Shown here: piece after piece, positions 1 through 13,103 of the stretch
Position numbering within the stretch: position 1 is the first letter of the stretch
Layout of the letters: each line of letters opens with the position of its first letter
Source of the DNA: Octopus sinensis
Taxonomy: Eukaryota
Direction: 5' to 3'
Assembly: GCF_006345805.1 (NCBI RefSeq)
Contig: NC_043020.1
Location: 3,410,001 to 3,474,000 of the forward strand
Length of the DNA stretch: 64,000 bases
Notes under the pieces: generated by a model
Seen by the model: the letters and a program-made list of their open reading frames with translations, nothing else
What the model was told of the DNA's origin: nothing
Database searches by the model: none
Position numbers and translations under genes: made by a program

Positions 1-24
1 ATATATATGTCTGTGTGTGTGTAC

Positions 25-54
<30 letters not shown>

Positions 55-55
<1 letters not shown>

Positions 56-331
56 GAGGCGCAATGGCCCAGTGGTTAGGGCAGCAGACTCGCAGTCGCA
101 GGATCGCGGTTTCGATTCCCAGACAGGGCGTTGTGAATGTTTATTGAGCGAAAACACCTAACAGCTCCACGACGCTCCGGTAGGGGGTGGCGATCCCTGC
201 TGTACCCCTTCACCACTGTTTCTTCTGTTGGCCTGCTCACTTAGCCAGCGGGGTGGCGTCATTCGGAGGCTAAAACAATGCAAACGCATTGTGACCAGCG
301 ATGTGTAACAACATTTGATGGTCTGGTCGGT

Positions 332-339
<8 letters not shown>
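55..339 (+). mobile_element. tRNA-derived SINE, copy A
   Basis: A box TGGCCCAGTGG and B box GGTTTCGATTCC in a tRNA-like head, a non-tRNA body, and TA/TG microsatellite flanks. Confidence 0.8.
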
Positions 340-378
<39 letters not shown>

Positions 379-414
379 CACACATATCTCTATCTTCTTT
401 ATTTATTTATTCTT

Positions 415-536
415 CACTCTGATGAAGCTCGTTGTTTCAGATTGGTTTTATTACCAAATATGATTAATATTTGTACATATTTTGAATATCAATGGCAATA
501 TCATATAACATTGGAGGCAGAAACAGCTGTTAGATG
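415..536 (+). ncRNA. Degenerate hammerhead-like motif in a UBFD1 intron
   Basis: CTGATGA 419-425 and GAAAC-AGCT-GTT 520-531; stems I and II are imperfect. Confidence 0.35.
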
Positions 537-813
537 GGATGCAGTCTGTTTGCATTGGAGTAGTAAATAATAATTGATGTAAGTCAATTGTTGTTAGTCA
601 GTAGTTCTCCATTTCCAGTTTTCTTTAAATTTTGGTTCTTGATAAACCCAGGTTTACCCTTGTCTTATAACTTACGAACATAATATGTTTGCATATGTAT
701 GCCAATGGTTTAATATAGGTAATATATGGGTAGTGTAATGGACACTGCTATCCATAGACAGTTATTTTAACCTCTAACTCAACTAACCCATATATATGTC
801 TGTGTGTGTGTAC

Positions 814-845
<32 letters not shown>

Positions 846-846
<1 letters not shown>

Positions 847-1122
847 GAGGCGCAATGGCCCAGTGGTTAGGGCAGCAGACTCGCAGTCGCAGGATCGCGG
901 TTTCGATTCCCAGACAGGGCGTTGTGAATGTTTATTGAGCGAAAACACCTAACAGCTCCACGACGCTCCGGTAGGGGGTGGCGATCCCTGCTGTACCCCT
1001 TCACCACTGTTTCTTCTGTTGGCCTGCTCACTTAGCCAGCGGGGTGGCGTCATTCGGAGGCTAAAACAATGCAAACGCATTGTGACCAGCGATGTGTAAC
1101 AACATTTGATGGTCTGGTCGGT

Positions 1123-1130
<8 letters not shown>
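846..1130 (+). mobile_element. tRNA-derived SINE, copy B (essentially identical to copy A)
   Basis: Same sequence and same flanking microsatellites as 55-339, offset 791 nt. Confidence 0.8.
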
Positions 1131-1167
<37 letters not shown>

Positions 1168-1293
1168 CACACACACATACACACACAACAGACAAAATGT
1201 AAGCTGGAGTGGGAAAGGAAGGGCAATGCTCAAAATTCTTTTGAATTATTTTCTGAATATTCGTCTTATTGATTTATCTTGTTTCTATGACAG

Positions 1294-1468
1294 GTACATA
1301 AAAAAGTATTGGAGAAATACAATAAGCCTGAGGATGTGCTGCCAGGCTTTCAGGGCAAGAAATATCCACTGCCTTCTCAACCAATTTCCGGAATGTACAA
1401 TAAGTCTGGCGGCAAAGTACGGCTTACCTTTAAATTAGAACTTGATCAGTTATGGATAGGTACAAAAG
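1294..1468 (+). CDS. UBFD1: UBFD1 (ubiquitin domain-containing protein UBFD1), internal coding exon; gene 5' end lies upstream of the window
   Basis: CAG acceptor 1291-1293, GT donor 1469. Encodes VHKKVLEKYNKPEDVLPGFQGKKYPLPSQPISGMYNKSGGKVRLTFKLELDQLWIGTK. The GMYNKSGGKVRLTFKLE-DQLWIGTK block matches the recalled UBFD1 C-terminal domain. Confidence 0.93.
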
Positions 1469-2368
1469 GTATGTATTTTTTTAAACTAGGTACAGCAATG
1501 GATTGGTAACAGTCATTGATTAGTCCCCAGTTGTTCAAACCTATCTGAAAATATTTCAGCCACAGTATTTTTTAAAATTTTGTTTTAATTTTTTAAGGGT
1601 GTGATTTTGATGGATATTTGGCTGCTATTTCTAGCTAGTTAAGCCACTTTTTAGCCTCTTCCTTGTTGGCATGTACAGTTTGTTAGAACTGTGTGTGAGA
1701 CAGTATTATGTGTTTGAATTTGTAAATGTTTTGGATATGCTTGTGTTTGTGTGTGGTTTGTATGTTAGGATGTACATATTTGCAATGATACTTTGTGCAT
1801 ACATATCCAAAAATGTACACTTGTCTCATAGATATGTGCATTAATGGTACATGTATATAGTAGCTAGTGTGTAATATTTTGAACAAAAGCCCTCATTCAG
1901 AGGGAGAAATTCCAAATGATCAGTATAGCACTGGCAAAATAAGTTTACTGAACCTGTTTGTGTATTTATTTTCATGTCGTGGTGAACAGTAGCACCATTT
2001 GTTACTTTGCTCCAAACATTACAACTCATTCCCCCCCCCCCCCCCAGATACTGTATTCACTTGAGTACAGTATTGTCTCAAATATAATGTAACCCAACAT
2101 TTTGTACCTAAAAATTAGTGATATACACTTTTATCCTGTTGTCTGTTTTTTTACATTCTAGTATAATGCTAGCATCCAATTTTGATTCTGATGTTTGTGT
2201 ATTGAATTTCTTGCATTATAAATGCACTATTCAAATCTGTGGACTTTTAGTAACCAGTTTGGAGTAATTTCGTAATCTGTTTTAATTGAATAATTTATGG
2301 ATAAGTTCAATTGTAGTGCAGAATGATTCCAAATTATCTAACTCTGTGTAGTGACTTTTTTCTTCCAG

Positions 2369-2451
2369 AAAGAACTGATAAAATTCCCATGAATACCATT
2401 AAAGCTGTTGTCACAGAAGCTCTAGAAGGACATGAAGATTATCATATAATG
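2369..2451 (+). CDS. UBFD1: UBFD1 penultimate coding exon
   Basis: TTCCAG acceptor, GTACGT donor, phase compatible with neighbours. Encodes (E)RTDKIPMNTIKAVVTEALEGHEDYHIM. Confidence 0.93.
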
Positions 2452-2469
2452 GTACGTGTATTCTCTTAT

Positions 2470-3170
2470 TTTTTACCTAGTTATTAGCTTCACCATTCCT
2501 GTGAATAACTTGAGGAATTTTCTGTGGCATACTTGACACAAATGTTTGCAGGTGGTTGTCCCGAATGTCACTGCCCAGCAAAGAGCATCCGCAGTCTCAA
2601 ATTGCATTCCATTTTTGTAAACGTCTCTTGCCATCCATCTCCAAAGATTATCAATGGGGCTTAGGTCAGGGGAACTTGGAGGATTATTCAAGAAATAAAC
2701 ATTATTTGTTCTGAAGAAATCCTTTGGCTTGTGAGCATTATGGATTGTAGAATTATCCTGTTAAATCCGGTCTTTTCCACAAAAGGGCCTTCAGTCAAAA
2801 GCGATGCCTGCTCCAACATGCCAACTTAGCCAGTTGCTGTTTGATGCTCCTGCACAACCTGAAGTTCCATGGTTCCTCTGTACATGAAAACACCCGACAC
2901 CATGATACAGTTTCCACCACTGTGCCTCGTTGAAAAAGTCTCCAGTGGAATATCTCATTTGAGAATAAAACTTTCTTCCAGTTGTGAACATCCCAGGTCT
3001 GGTGATTCTGAGCAAATTCTAAACAAGTAGTTTTGTGGTGTGGAAGAAGATAGGGTCTTTTTTAAATCTTTCTCTCTCAAATGTTGTTTTTATTAACCTT
3101 GAGCTGCATTCCACGTCGTTAAGTGCCTTAACCTGACCTGCAAGGAGTTCATTTTGGCAGTGTGTATATT
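2470..3170 (-). mobile_element. Tc1/Tc3-like transposase relic
   Basis: Minus-strand peptides ...QDNSTIH...PPSSPDLSPIDNLWRWMARDVY resemble the DD34E region (SPDLNPIENLW type); frameshifted. Confidence 0.75.
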
Positions 3171-3651
3171 CACTTGTGTGTGTGTGTGTGTGTGTACAAA
3201 TATACACACATATATGTACATATCTACACACCCACATATATCATCATTGTTTTAGTACCTCTCTTTCCATACACATGCAAAAGAGTAAATTGGGCCATGC
3301 ACTTTCTATTTTTCATCATCATTTAACAAAATGATGGTGAGAGGAATTGGGGTGGCTGGGAGGTGGGTCCGGTAGATATGTGGGAAAGTAGGAGTGCCAA
3401 AACTCAAGTGTCTCAGTCCTTAAAAACTCAGGGTGATTGTGTTTTAATCCCAGGTTAATTTTGATCAAGCAGAACTATGATTAAAAAAGTGTTGCACTGT
3501 AATCATATCTTTTTAGGGATATTTTAGACTACATTATCTAATATGTCCCCTTTTAAAATGGTAAAGTGTGTTTTGGCTGCTATTTCGTGTAGGTCAAGCA
3601 ACCTTTTCTTCCCACAACACTTAATTTTTTCACCTTCAAAACTCAATCTAA

Positions 3652-3848
3652 CCCTTTAGCATTCTGTCAAATTAAATACTTATTCACATTGATTTGTATT
3701 AATCATTCATTATCTTGTAGCTTCAACATTTCAATGGAGTGTTTGTATATTTTTAGAATGACATTGTAGGGCAGGTAGGAGAAGCTGGAGCTGGCCAGTC
3801 TAAACATAAAATGGATTGAATGTTTGGCCCAGATCAAACACTGGAGGG
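3652..3848. mobile_element. piggyBac-type MITE; related copies ~4960-5180, ~55970-56180, ~62040-62400
   Basis: Termini (C)TAA-CCCTTTAGCATT ... AGGG-TTAA. The internal body recurs at the other listed positions. Confidence 0.55.
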
Positions 3849-5301
3849 TTAATAACTATTTTTTTTGTTTTTACTTGAACTCCCACAACACAGTGTTGTG
3901 GATGAATAAATTGAATTAAAATTATAAGCTTTTGACTTGCTGCATAAAATGCAAATGCAATTAAGAAATAAATTGTAATTAGTAAAATTAATTACATTTT
4001 TCTGCTTCTTATGACTGTCAAAACATGGAACTTGTTGAGAGCGGTCCAAGGGTCTGCTGTGGATTCAGGGGATTCCCAGATTGTGCTTTGATTGGCAACA
4101 GCAAGCTGAACCTAGATATATGGTCGTCGTCATCATCATTGTTTTAACATCTACTTTTGCATGCTTGCATGGGTCAGATGAGAGTACTTTGGAGAAGAAT
4201 TTTCTATGGCCAAATTGCCCTCCTTGTCACCCACCACTACCACCACCACCACATGTATCCGTGTAAGGTTATAATTATAATCTCCCTGTCTTTCAAGCGA
4301 CAAGCAGCCCAGACAGGGTTATGTGGAAAACTGGAAGCAAACCACACTGTGTGCTAACAGGGATCATGCGACAGGTCGGGACATATTGAGAAGCTTTGTT
4401 TGGTGAACTGGTCGAAGCCATTGTTTACAAACCAGCAAATGTGAGGAAAATAAGAACTCTCTCTCTTTTGCTCTCCCTCTCTCTCTCTCTCACCCACACA
4501 TGCACCCACTTATATGATTGGCTTCTTTCAGTTTCCATCTGCCAGATCCACTTGCAAAGTTTTGGTTGACCCAGAACTAAAATAGAAAACACTTTAGGTA
4601 TGCCATGCAGTGGGATTGAACCTGAAATATATTGCTGCTAGTGGAATGAGAGTAGAGCTCTTGGCCAGAACCTCTTAGAGGTTACATCTACAGATGTGGA
4701 ATTCTTGGTGTGCTTAGTAGAAGCCCTTTTTAAGAACTCATTAATTATTTTATTCTGTAAATTAATTCCAATAAAGTTTATCTGTTCTCTGTTTTTCTGC
4801 ACCCACTGAAATATGTAAAATATAAAGTCTATACTTTTGTTTACTACACCCCCTAAAATGTCATCTCATATCCCCAAGGGGTGTGAGGCATCCCCTAAAA
4901 TAGAGGTTTCCTTGTTGGCTTTTTTTCAAAACAACAGAAAATGCAGTTTGTAGATTTATCCAATCCTTCAGCATTCTGAAAACTCTTTAAAACGCAATGC
5001 ATATATAATATTCACATTGTTTTGAATTAATCATGCATTATCTCATTGTTTTAAGATTTTGATATGATTTTTTGACAATGACATTGTAGAATAGGTGTGA
5101 GAGACCAGATCTGGACAGTTTTAATATAAAACTAGTAGAATATTTTCACCGGATTTGGCTGGGTTAAATGCTAAACATTTAAGAAACCGTTATTATAGTG
5201 TCCCCCCCTCACACACCTTTTTTGTCCCCTGTGCTGAGTGTTTTTCTCTAACATATTAGTGTTTTTAAATTATGATATTTTTTTTTTTTCTTAATTTTTA
5301 G

Positions 5302-5412
5302 GGAATTCAGCTTGGGACCACTGAAGCATCTCGTTATTGGGTATACTGGGTTCCAGCTCAGTACGTAGATGCCATTAAAGATGCTATCCTCGGCAAGTGG
5401 CAGTATTTTTGA
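5302..5412 (+). CDS. UBFD1: UBFD1 last coding exon
   Basis: Polypyrimidine tract plus TAG acceptor at 5299-5301. Encodes GIQLGTTEASRYWVYWVPAQYVDAIKDAILGKWQYF-stop, the recalled UBFD1 C-terminus (LGKWQYF). Confidence 0.95.
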   Translation, partial: GIQLGTTEASRYWVYWVPAQYVDAIKDAILGKWQYF

Positions 5413-7485
5413 TGTGGGATGGAGGCGAGCAGCACACACAAAAGAGAAAAAAAAAGAGGAAGATACAAAAACAACAACTTTGTGCAGCATCTGGCAATAT
5501 TAGCAACTGACTGCCCAGAGTGAAGAGTTCTTCTGTGAAGAATTTTTTTCCTGGTTTCTATCCCTACCATCATCACATTTGCTGGGCCAGGTATCAGTTG
5601 GCAGCACTTCTTTTTGCAATTTTACTGGAAGGTGGTGTTTGGGCCGTCACTTAACAGCATTTGTCATGTTGCTATATTTTGGGTCTTACCTTAAAGCCAT
5701 TGGTCCTTGCTATTTATTGTGTCTCGACACACGAGAATACATTATTGAAATTTAATGTAGCAGACTGTGTTAACAGGCACAATTCTTTCTTGGCCAAACT
5801 TGTCTTAAATTAAACTCTCTTAAACTTTTGTTCTTTTTACTTTGAATGTAAAATTAAAAACCAGAAAAAAAGGGTTTTTTTTTTGTCTTTTTAATTTCAC
5901 CAAACACTTCATCCATCCATGTATCCATCCATGCTTGCTGTCTTGACAGTCTGTCTGTTATTTGATTGTGATTTCATTTTGTTAATTATTATTTTCGTTA
6001 ATTAATTAAGATTAGTTTTCTAACTAGTTTTGAGACACGGTATGTGTATGTGTTCATATTTTCTGGTTTCTCTGCTACTTTATTTAAATAATGATTTGGA
6101 TGTGCACAAAGCAGTGGGAGGCAACGCCTTGCTCCATCATCACCGAAACAAACCAACCCTGCACTCCCAATCCATCCTGAATTATTTTGTTAACGCGTCT
6201 CTGTGCAGCCAGCTGCCCGTTTGTGCAACCATGGGATACCAAACAACTACTGAACACGTATTCAATATAACTGATTCTATTGTTAATCTCTTCCTGATTA
6301 AAAGCACTCTCATTATTTCTTGTGATATTGTCTTTATGTGTGTGATACATAAACATGCATCAACACACATCCATTTGCATATCTACATACATGCATGTGT
6401 AGATTCGTGAACGTTTGTTTTGCGCTTGTTCTGGTGTGTTAATTTCATTACAACTTCATCCCCGGCCCTGTTTGTCTATATACACCCAGTAGGGTTTTGT
6501 CAATGCTAGTCAAGTTTTAGTTGCCCTCTATCTATCAGGAGATTCATAATTAACTTAAATATTTACTACTAGAGAAGGGCTGTCCCTTTTACCTCTCCTA
6601 CTCTCTATTAACCATGTCTGAGGAACCGGATTCTTTGTTGGCATCTGAGTCCTGCACAGCTTACATTGCTACCAAGTTAAATTCAGACAAGTTTGGCCAG
6701 TCAGAATTGAACCTAGCATCCCCAATCTGCCAGGTTTGAATGTTTTGATTCCCCTTTGCCTGCTCTATTCAGACTCATCCACCCTCTCCAATCTGTCAGA
6801 ATTTACAATTTTGATGACCCACCACCCTCCAATTTTTTCAGAATTTACAAATTTCATGATTGTGGTTAAATTAGAATTTTTTTGGATGTTGATGTCAGAG
6901 TTGATTCATCTCCTCTTCCTCCCCCCCTGTCCCTGTCATCACAGCAATTTTTTTCATAAATAATTCTCAGTTCAGACAAGCTCAGCCTCCTAACCAATTA
7001 TTGGCAGTACCAAAAGATAAGATTTTTTTTTTCCTTTTTGTTTTTTTATATCACAACTCTGCCTGGTCTCTTTGAATGTTTGTGACTATATAATACGTAT
7101 ATCTATCTTACATCAGTTAGAAGCAGTTTTGTCTTGTAGACATAAATAAGCTTAAACCTGAATCTGTCTGTCTGTCCTCTGCTATTTCATAGACAAACTT
7201 TACTTACCTTAGACGAAGATATTTAAATGATTTTATAGCTAAGGTTTCTGTCTTGCTCTTTTAATTTCTACAATATTCCAAAGTGTTCATGTAGTACTTG
7301 GGTATTTTGCATTCATAAGGGTTATTTCATTATTAATATTGTTGTTATTATTACTGTTTGTTTTTTTAAAATGTTTTTCCAGTAGTTAATTAGCTAAAAA
7401 TGCCAAGATTATTTTTGATTTGATTTCTGCTGTTTTGGTTTGTTATTATAATGAACAGTCACAAATGCGTACACCTTACGCACGT

Positions 7486-7525
<40 letters not shown>

Positions 7526-8699
7526 GCTCATATGCATACAAAGCTAGATTTTAAAATTAATTTTGCTACTGCTTAATTTTGGTTTGTTTAGCTAAAGAAT
7601 ATAAATTACACCCACTAACGCATACGTTTGACGTTTTTTTTGGTTTTAACCCTGCAAAACTCTGTCCTCACATTGTAATGTTTTTGTTGTTCACCAATAA
7701 GCTGTTTCTTCTTCGTCCAGACATTTCAAGTCTCCTCAACTTATTTTTTATTATTAAATTTCATTTTCCAATAATTTTCTCTCCTGGCTTTGAAAACAAA
7801 AGAAAAAAAAAAATTTTTTATTTTGACTCGTTTTTGTTTTATTTTCTAAATACTATTTTTTGATTAATGCTCTGAGACATATTTTCCTCTTTTTCCCTTC
7901 TTTCACTTTGTTTATTCTAATGATTTTATTATCCCTCTCTCTCTCTCTCTGTCAATGCTTTTATTTGCTGTTTTGTTGATCCCTCTTTTTCCCTCTCTCT
8001 ATCTCACATGACAACCTATTGTTTAAAAATGTTTTGTGTTTGTCATGAATATTTTGTCGAAATTTGGGAAATAATAAGAAAAATAATAAAGAATGTCGAG
8101 AGTAAATTCTTTCTTTTGTGTTCCTTAATGTCACCGCTTGGTCTTTTAGTTCTGACAGGCAGAAATGCCCTGTATTGAGTTCTTCCATCCTTTTATGCTT
8201 TGCATTCAAATCCTCTTCATATTAACGAAGGAAACCGCAATGAGTCAACAGGGAAACTCTTATGGAAGCAGTATCAAATTCCTCCTTCAAGCAATACCCA
8301 AAATGGCTTGTCTGGTGCTGTAGTCTGGGCTATGGTACTCCGGGAAACAAGATGAACTGGTCATTGCTAGATTGGGGAGCATCATAGCCATGTGTTGAGA
8401 AGGATTCTTTGGGCTTTGAATAAATGTAACAAAAGGAACTGTTAACCATTTTTCTTACTTTCTAGAGGTAAGCAAATAGGAAATAGCAGTTGCTACCCAA
8501 GAACAAAAATTGTGTTACCCAGTGTTATATAGTCTGTGAGTTCAAACCATGCCTGGAAGTCACTTTAATTTTCATCCTTTTACAATTGATGAAATAAAAT
8601 ACCAATCAAATACTAGAATTGATAGGCAGAAAAAGAGTAGGTAGAAATTCAATATGGGGCCCAATGTAAGCCATAGGTGCAGAAGATGTCATGGGATCA

Positions 8700-9400
8700 C
8701 AGACTGGGAATATATATAATCTTCAAATGTGACAGATACACAGAAATTAACAGTAAAAGTACACATGAAATAAATCTTCTCATCTGTTCAGGAGACACTC
8801 TAGAAATAGTAACTTTAGTTTCTTAGCAGTCTATAATTTGCAGTGAAGGTGGGTGTTCTAAAAGTACAGCTGCCAGAGTAAGAATGATTCTTTATTTGTG
8901 TGAGGAGCAGATTCTATGACATTGTATTTTCTGGTCTGCAAGTCAAACTTTTCAGACCAAAATTGACAGCCAAAAAGGGATGGGTTCACTTTGAAGGATC
9001 AAAAGTTCCATGTGAAATGCAGCAGCATTTGGAAAGATAGCGATGATGTTTGAATGTTGACACTACAAATACATTGTATACTATGTCGACTTGCTACTAG
9101 GAAATGCAGTATTTGTATTTAAAGTGTTGTACTGTACTGTAGTGGGGTGTGGACCCTGAATAAAGGGGATTTGTGAAGGCTGGAGAGAGAAAGAGATGAC
9201 TATGTTTCACTGGTTGTGTGATGTTAGTGTGAACAAATGTCAAAGCACAAAACTGGATACAAGACGGATCAAACGGTGTAAGAGAAGAAAAACTGTGCTG
9301 GTAAGTGATACCTGTGGAAGGTGTAAGTTGAATAAAGAAGTACTAAGAGTTCCAAGTAATCAGAAGTTCTGGAAAAGGATGAAGAGGTGAAGACTAGTCA
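8700..9400 (+). mobile_element. Highly decayed RTE-clade LINE RT/C-terminal fragment
   Basis: Broken peptides resemble the better preserved RTE copy at 18330-19225 (GDTLEIV..F..L, MFHWLCDVSV). Confidence 0.45.
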
Positions 9401-11399
9401 CAAGAGTCTGACACAAATGTAAGAGACAGCAAAGGATTGCATCAAATGGTGAAGTGTTGATGGACAAGACTCAGGCAAGCATGGTAAAATGGATATAGTA
9501 ATGGTGGTGGTGGTCATAATTGGCATGCATCTGTCTCCCTTACCATCTCCCATCTTTATTGTTACTCCTCTCTCCCTCTCATATATCTCCCCACTCCCCT
9601 TTAATTCTTTATTGGTATCCATAAAGATCCTAGATTGGCAGAGTTGTTAGTGCCAAGCAAAATGCTTTGAGATACTTGTTCTGGCATTTTGCATTCTCCA
9701 TTCAAGTCCTGCTGAGGGCAGTTTTGCTTTTCATCCCTCTGGGGTAAGTCAAAATAAAGTACCAGTCAACTACTGGGGTTAATTTAATTGACTGACTTCT
9801 GTCTTTAAGGGCTTTGTTCTTCAGTTAGAAACATTTATGAACATCTGTCTTCCATCTTTCTCCTGTCACTCTCTCCTCCTCCCCCCACCATTATAGGATG
9901 TTTCATGTTCAGACTTTGATCTCTTTTGCTCATGCTACTTCTATCCAGCCTCTTTACCAACAACCATCACGTAACTGTCTCTCTCTTATCATCTTCTCAT
10001 GTTGGCTCTCTTCCTACCAAGTGATATGAGTTAATAGTACAAATAAATGGAGGCAAGAGGGGTCTTTTTTTATTATTATTGGTGAAGAAACAGATGCAAC
10101 ACAAGGTTCTTCAGGGGGCTCTTAAGTGTTGCTAAGATCATGGTAACCTCTTTAGTGCTGGTATCACGGTAGAGTGTACCCATGACATTCTGTAAAACGA
10201 TTGGTGATAAAAGGGGCATCCAATTTAAAAAATCACTCCATGTAAGGTAATATATGAACATGATGAGATCCAAAGCCTGTTTAGGAGAAGAGTAAGTCCA
10301 AATGAGAATGCACTGTGGCAACCCATTCAATTCATACTGACCCTGGAAAAGTGGGCTTAAATGTTGATGAAGTCAAACCTCAAAATTCTTACAACTACAA
10401 GCAAATGGTACATCTTTCGTTGCAGCTGCCAGGGTATTGTATGGACATATAATGAAATATTGTCACATTCATAGCTTCCCCACTTGTGAGGTCACATGAA
10501 AGATGCGGTGTACACAGGAGCAGCTATGATTCCCTGCCATTGCCTACATGGTTATGTACTCCATTCACGTGATGTCAGTGTCTTGGAGACGGATTCTTGT
10601 CTTGCCATTGTGATGTATGTCTTCATTGTAAGAACCCATGACAGGGAGTACTACATCTCAAAAGGAAATGGCATTGCAAGTCAACTGTCATCACACACAC
10701 ATCATCATCATCATTATCATCCTTTTATGTCCACTTTCCATGCTGGCATGGGTAGGAAAAGTTCAATAAGTTGTAGGACAACATCTTCCAATGTTTCATA
10801 TGCTGGTTTCAAATTTTGGTACAAGGCCAGTAGTTTAGGTGTGTGTGTGGGGGGGGGGGGTGTAAGTCAATTAAACTGACCCCCAGTGCTCAGCTGGTAC
10901 TTGTTTTATTGACCGAGAAAGGATGAAAGCAAAGTCAACTCTGGCAGAATTTGAACTCAGAACATAAAGACAGACAAAATGTCACTAAGCATCTTGTCCA
11001 GTATTCTAATACAGAATAATATTGGCCCCACAGCTTTGACCTATGGACACTAACAACATGCTGTATTAATCCGAGTGAAACAGAGTTCATTTAATGAGAT
11101 ACCTCTAATTATGTCACCTGACAAGATGCTTCTGCAGCAAGAGGTGCACCACAACATGTCTAGTTTCCCACCCATGAGGGATCGATGCAGGATGTGTCAA
11201 AATAATCATTGTGAACAATAAAGTTTCCCATGTATTCCATTTTTCCATCTCCATCATTTGTTTTATATTCAACGTACACTGCGGATCCCCTGAAGCAGAA
11301 CCAGCTACAATTATGTAATTATTGTGGATGACACCAGGTAGCCATAGACAGTGGATGTGCTTTACCAGCATACTACTAGGAAACATACCCAACACTTAA

Positions 11400-11767
11400 A
11401 TATATATATAAAGCTGAAGTTGTCTGTGTGTGGCAGGTTTGGCAGCCTTCAACTAACACTATCTCCTCCGAGACCCTGCGGCGCAAGTTGACCAAAATTG
11501 AGAGTATGATAGAAGAAGGCTTGCTCTGCCTTCTGTAGAAGAAAAAATTCAAAACGGACCATGTTAACACCAAAAATTATTTACATCAAAAAGGTGCTTT
11601 TTTTCAATGAAAATCCCTATTTTTTACGAATTTTTCGGTGAATTTCAACCAGAAAAATGTTCACTTAAAGAGAATAACAAGCTACATAATGCAATATTTT
11701 TACTTTTCAAAAATTCCAATTCTAAAGGGTCGAAACAAACCCGAGCAACGCCAGGTGATACTGCTAG
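11400..11767 (+). mobile_element. Small non-autonomous Helitron
   Basis: 5' TATATATATAAAGCTGAAGTTGTCTGTGTG. 3' subterminal hairpin ACCCGAGCAACGCCAGGT followed by GATACTGCTAG|T, the CTAG end typical of Helitrons. Confidence 0.6.
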
Positions 11768-12100
11768 TATATATATATATATTTACACACAAACACACAA
11801 ACACACATTCATACACCATCATCATCATCAACATAGTAACTTTATGTCCACTTTCCATTCTGGTTTGTTGGTTCGTTTTGTTTCCTTTATATAATTAACA
11901 AAAGTATCTATTTTATAAACATCTGAATATACAAAACCTCATTTTACTATTTGATGACTCACTTAAGATCCTCCTCCTCCTCCTCTTTCCATCATCATCA
12001 TCATCTTCTTTTTCTTCTTCTTCATTGCACATCTCTCTCCCTGTCTCTCTTTCTCTCCAAGTGAGGTTGGAGAGAAAATAAAGTCAACAATTATTTGAAT

Positions 12101-12132
<32 letters not shown>

Positions 12133-12236
12133 TGCATGTGCATGAAATGTAGCACTGAGTGTGGAACGTGACTTAATTGTTACATTATTGACATACTCCT
12201 ACCACCCTCATAACACCTGCCAGCTGCTTTTCTATA

Positions 12237-12273
<37 letters not shown>

Positions 12274-12447
12274 AAAGACCCCCACACACAATCATGCTTA
12301 CACACACATGCACACATCACACACACAAGGATTAGTTGTAAAATAAGAACTCCAGCAGTATAAGTTGAATTTACTTCTTTTAGTCTTCCAAAAAAAGACT
12401 GCAAGTTCTGCGTTTTGCACAAGAATGGTAACCAGAAACAGACTTAG

Positions 12448-13103
12448 AATTTCCCAGCCTCAAAGACAACTAAAAATGGTGACACATCTTTAAAAGGACC
12501 GGAGCAATTGTTAGAATTGACAAGGGAACTGGAAATGATATATGAAAAAGCAAGACTTTCTGGTATTGACATTAATGCAGTTCCCTGTCTTGTTAGATCC
12601 CATCTGCAACTTGCTGAAGAGAGGAAGCTGACAATGGTTCCATGGCAACGGAAGAAAACTCTACATCACATCATCATCATTGCGTTCACCCTTTGTCTTC
12701 TTCTTTCACCGACATTTCAGGATTGGCTTCAGAACTCACCCTGTTTGCTTGAAAACAATGAAATCCTGATGGAAGTATTGAGACCAGCTTCAAACTGTGA
12801 AGAACTGTGTCTTGGAATGGATTCAGTGCCAACAGAATTTAACATCAGCACAGAAAAATTCATGCAAAAATATGCATACACTGGACATCCTGTCTTGATC
12901 AAAAATGCTACCACAAACTGGACGGCTCTGAAGATGTTCAATTTCAACTTCTTCCATAAACTTTTTAGTTCAAGACTGAGCCATTTGGAAGAATGCATGT
13001 TTTTCCCATACAACACTAACTTTACAAGTTTTGCTCAGTTCTTAGGAATGCCCCTGGTCAGGGCTAGGTTTGATCCTGGTCAGTTACCTTGGTATGTTGG
13101 ATG
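12448..13103 (+). CDS. Uncharacterised cupin-like/JmjC-fold (Cupin_8-type) membrane-anchored protein, first large coding exon; true start uncertain
   Basis: Frame open 12448-13103, first in-frame ATG at 12535, donor TG|GTAAGT at 13104. Contains a hydrophobic segment IIIIAFTLCLLLSPTF, then CLL...RP...C..LC and FMQKYAYTGHPVLIKNATTNWTA, typical of the JmjC/cupin N-terminal region. Confidence 0.85.

Noticed and set aside
55-135. tRNA gene
   Set aside because: A and B boxes are present, but there is no complete cloverleaf or oligo-T terminator, and it continues into a SINE body.
6030-6410. Overlapping 126/90/62-aa ORFs in a slightly GC-richer patch
   Set aside because: No recognisable motif or splice partners; most simply part of the UBFD1 3' UTR or downstream region.
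12470-12495. Programmed -1 frameshift to explain the cupin start
   Set aside because: No X-XXY-YYZ slippery heptamer in the upstream frame.
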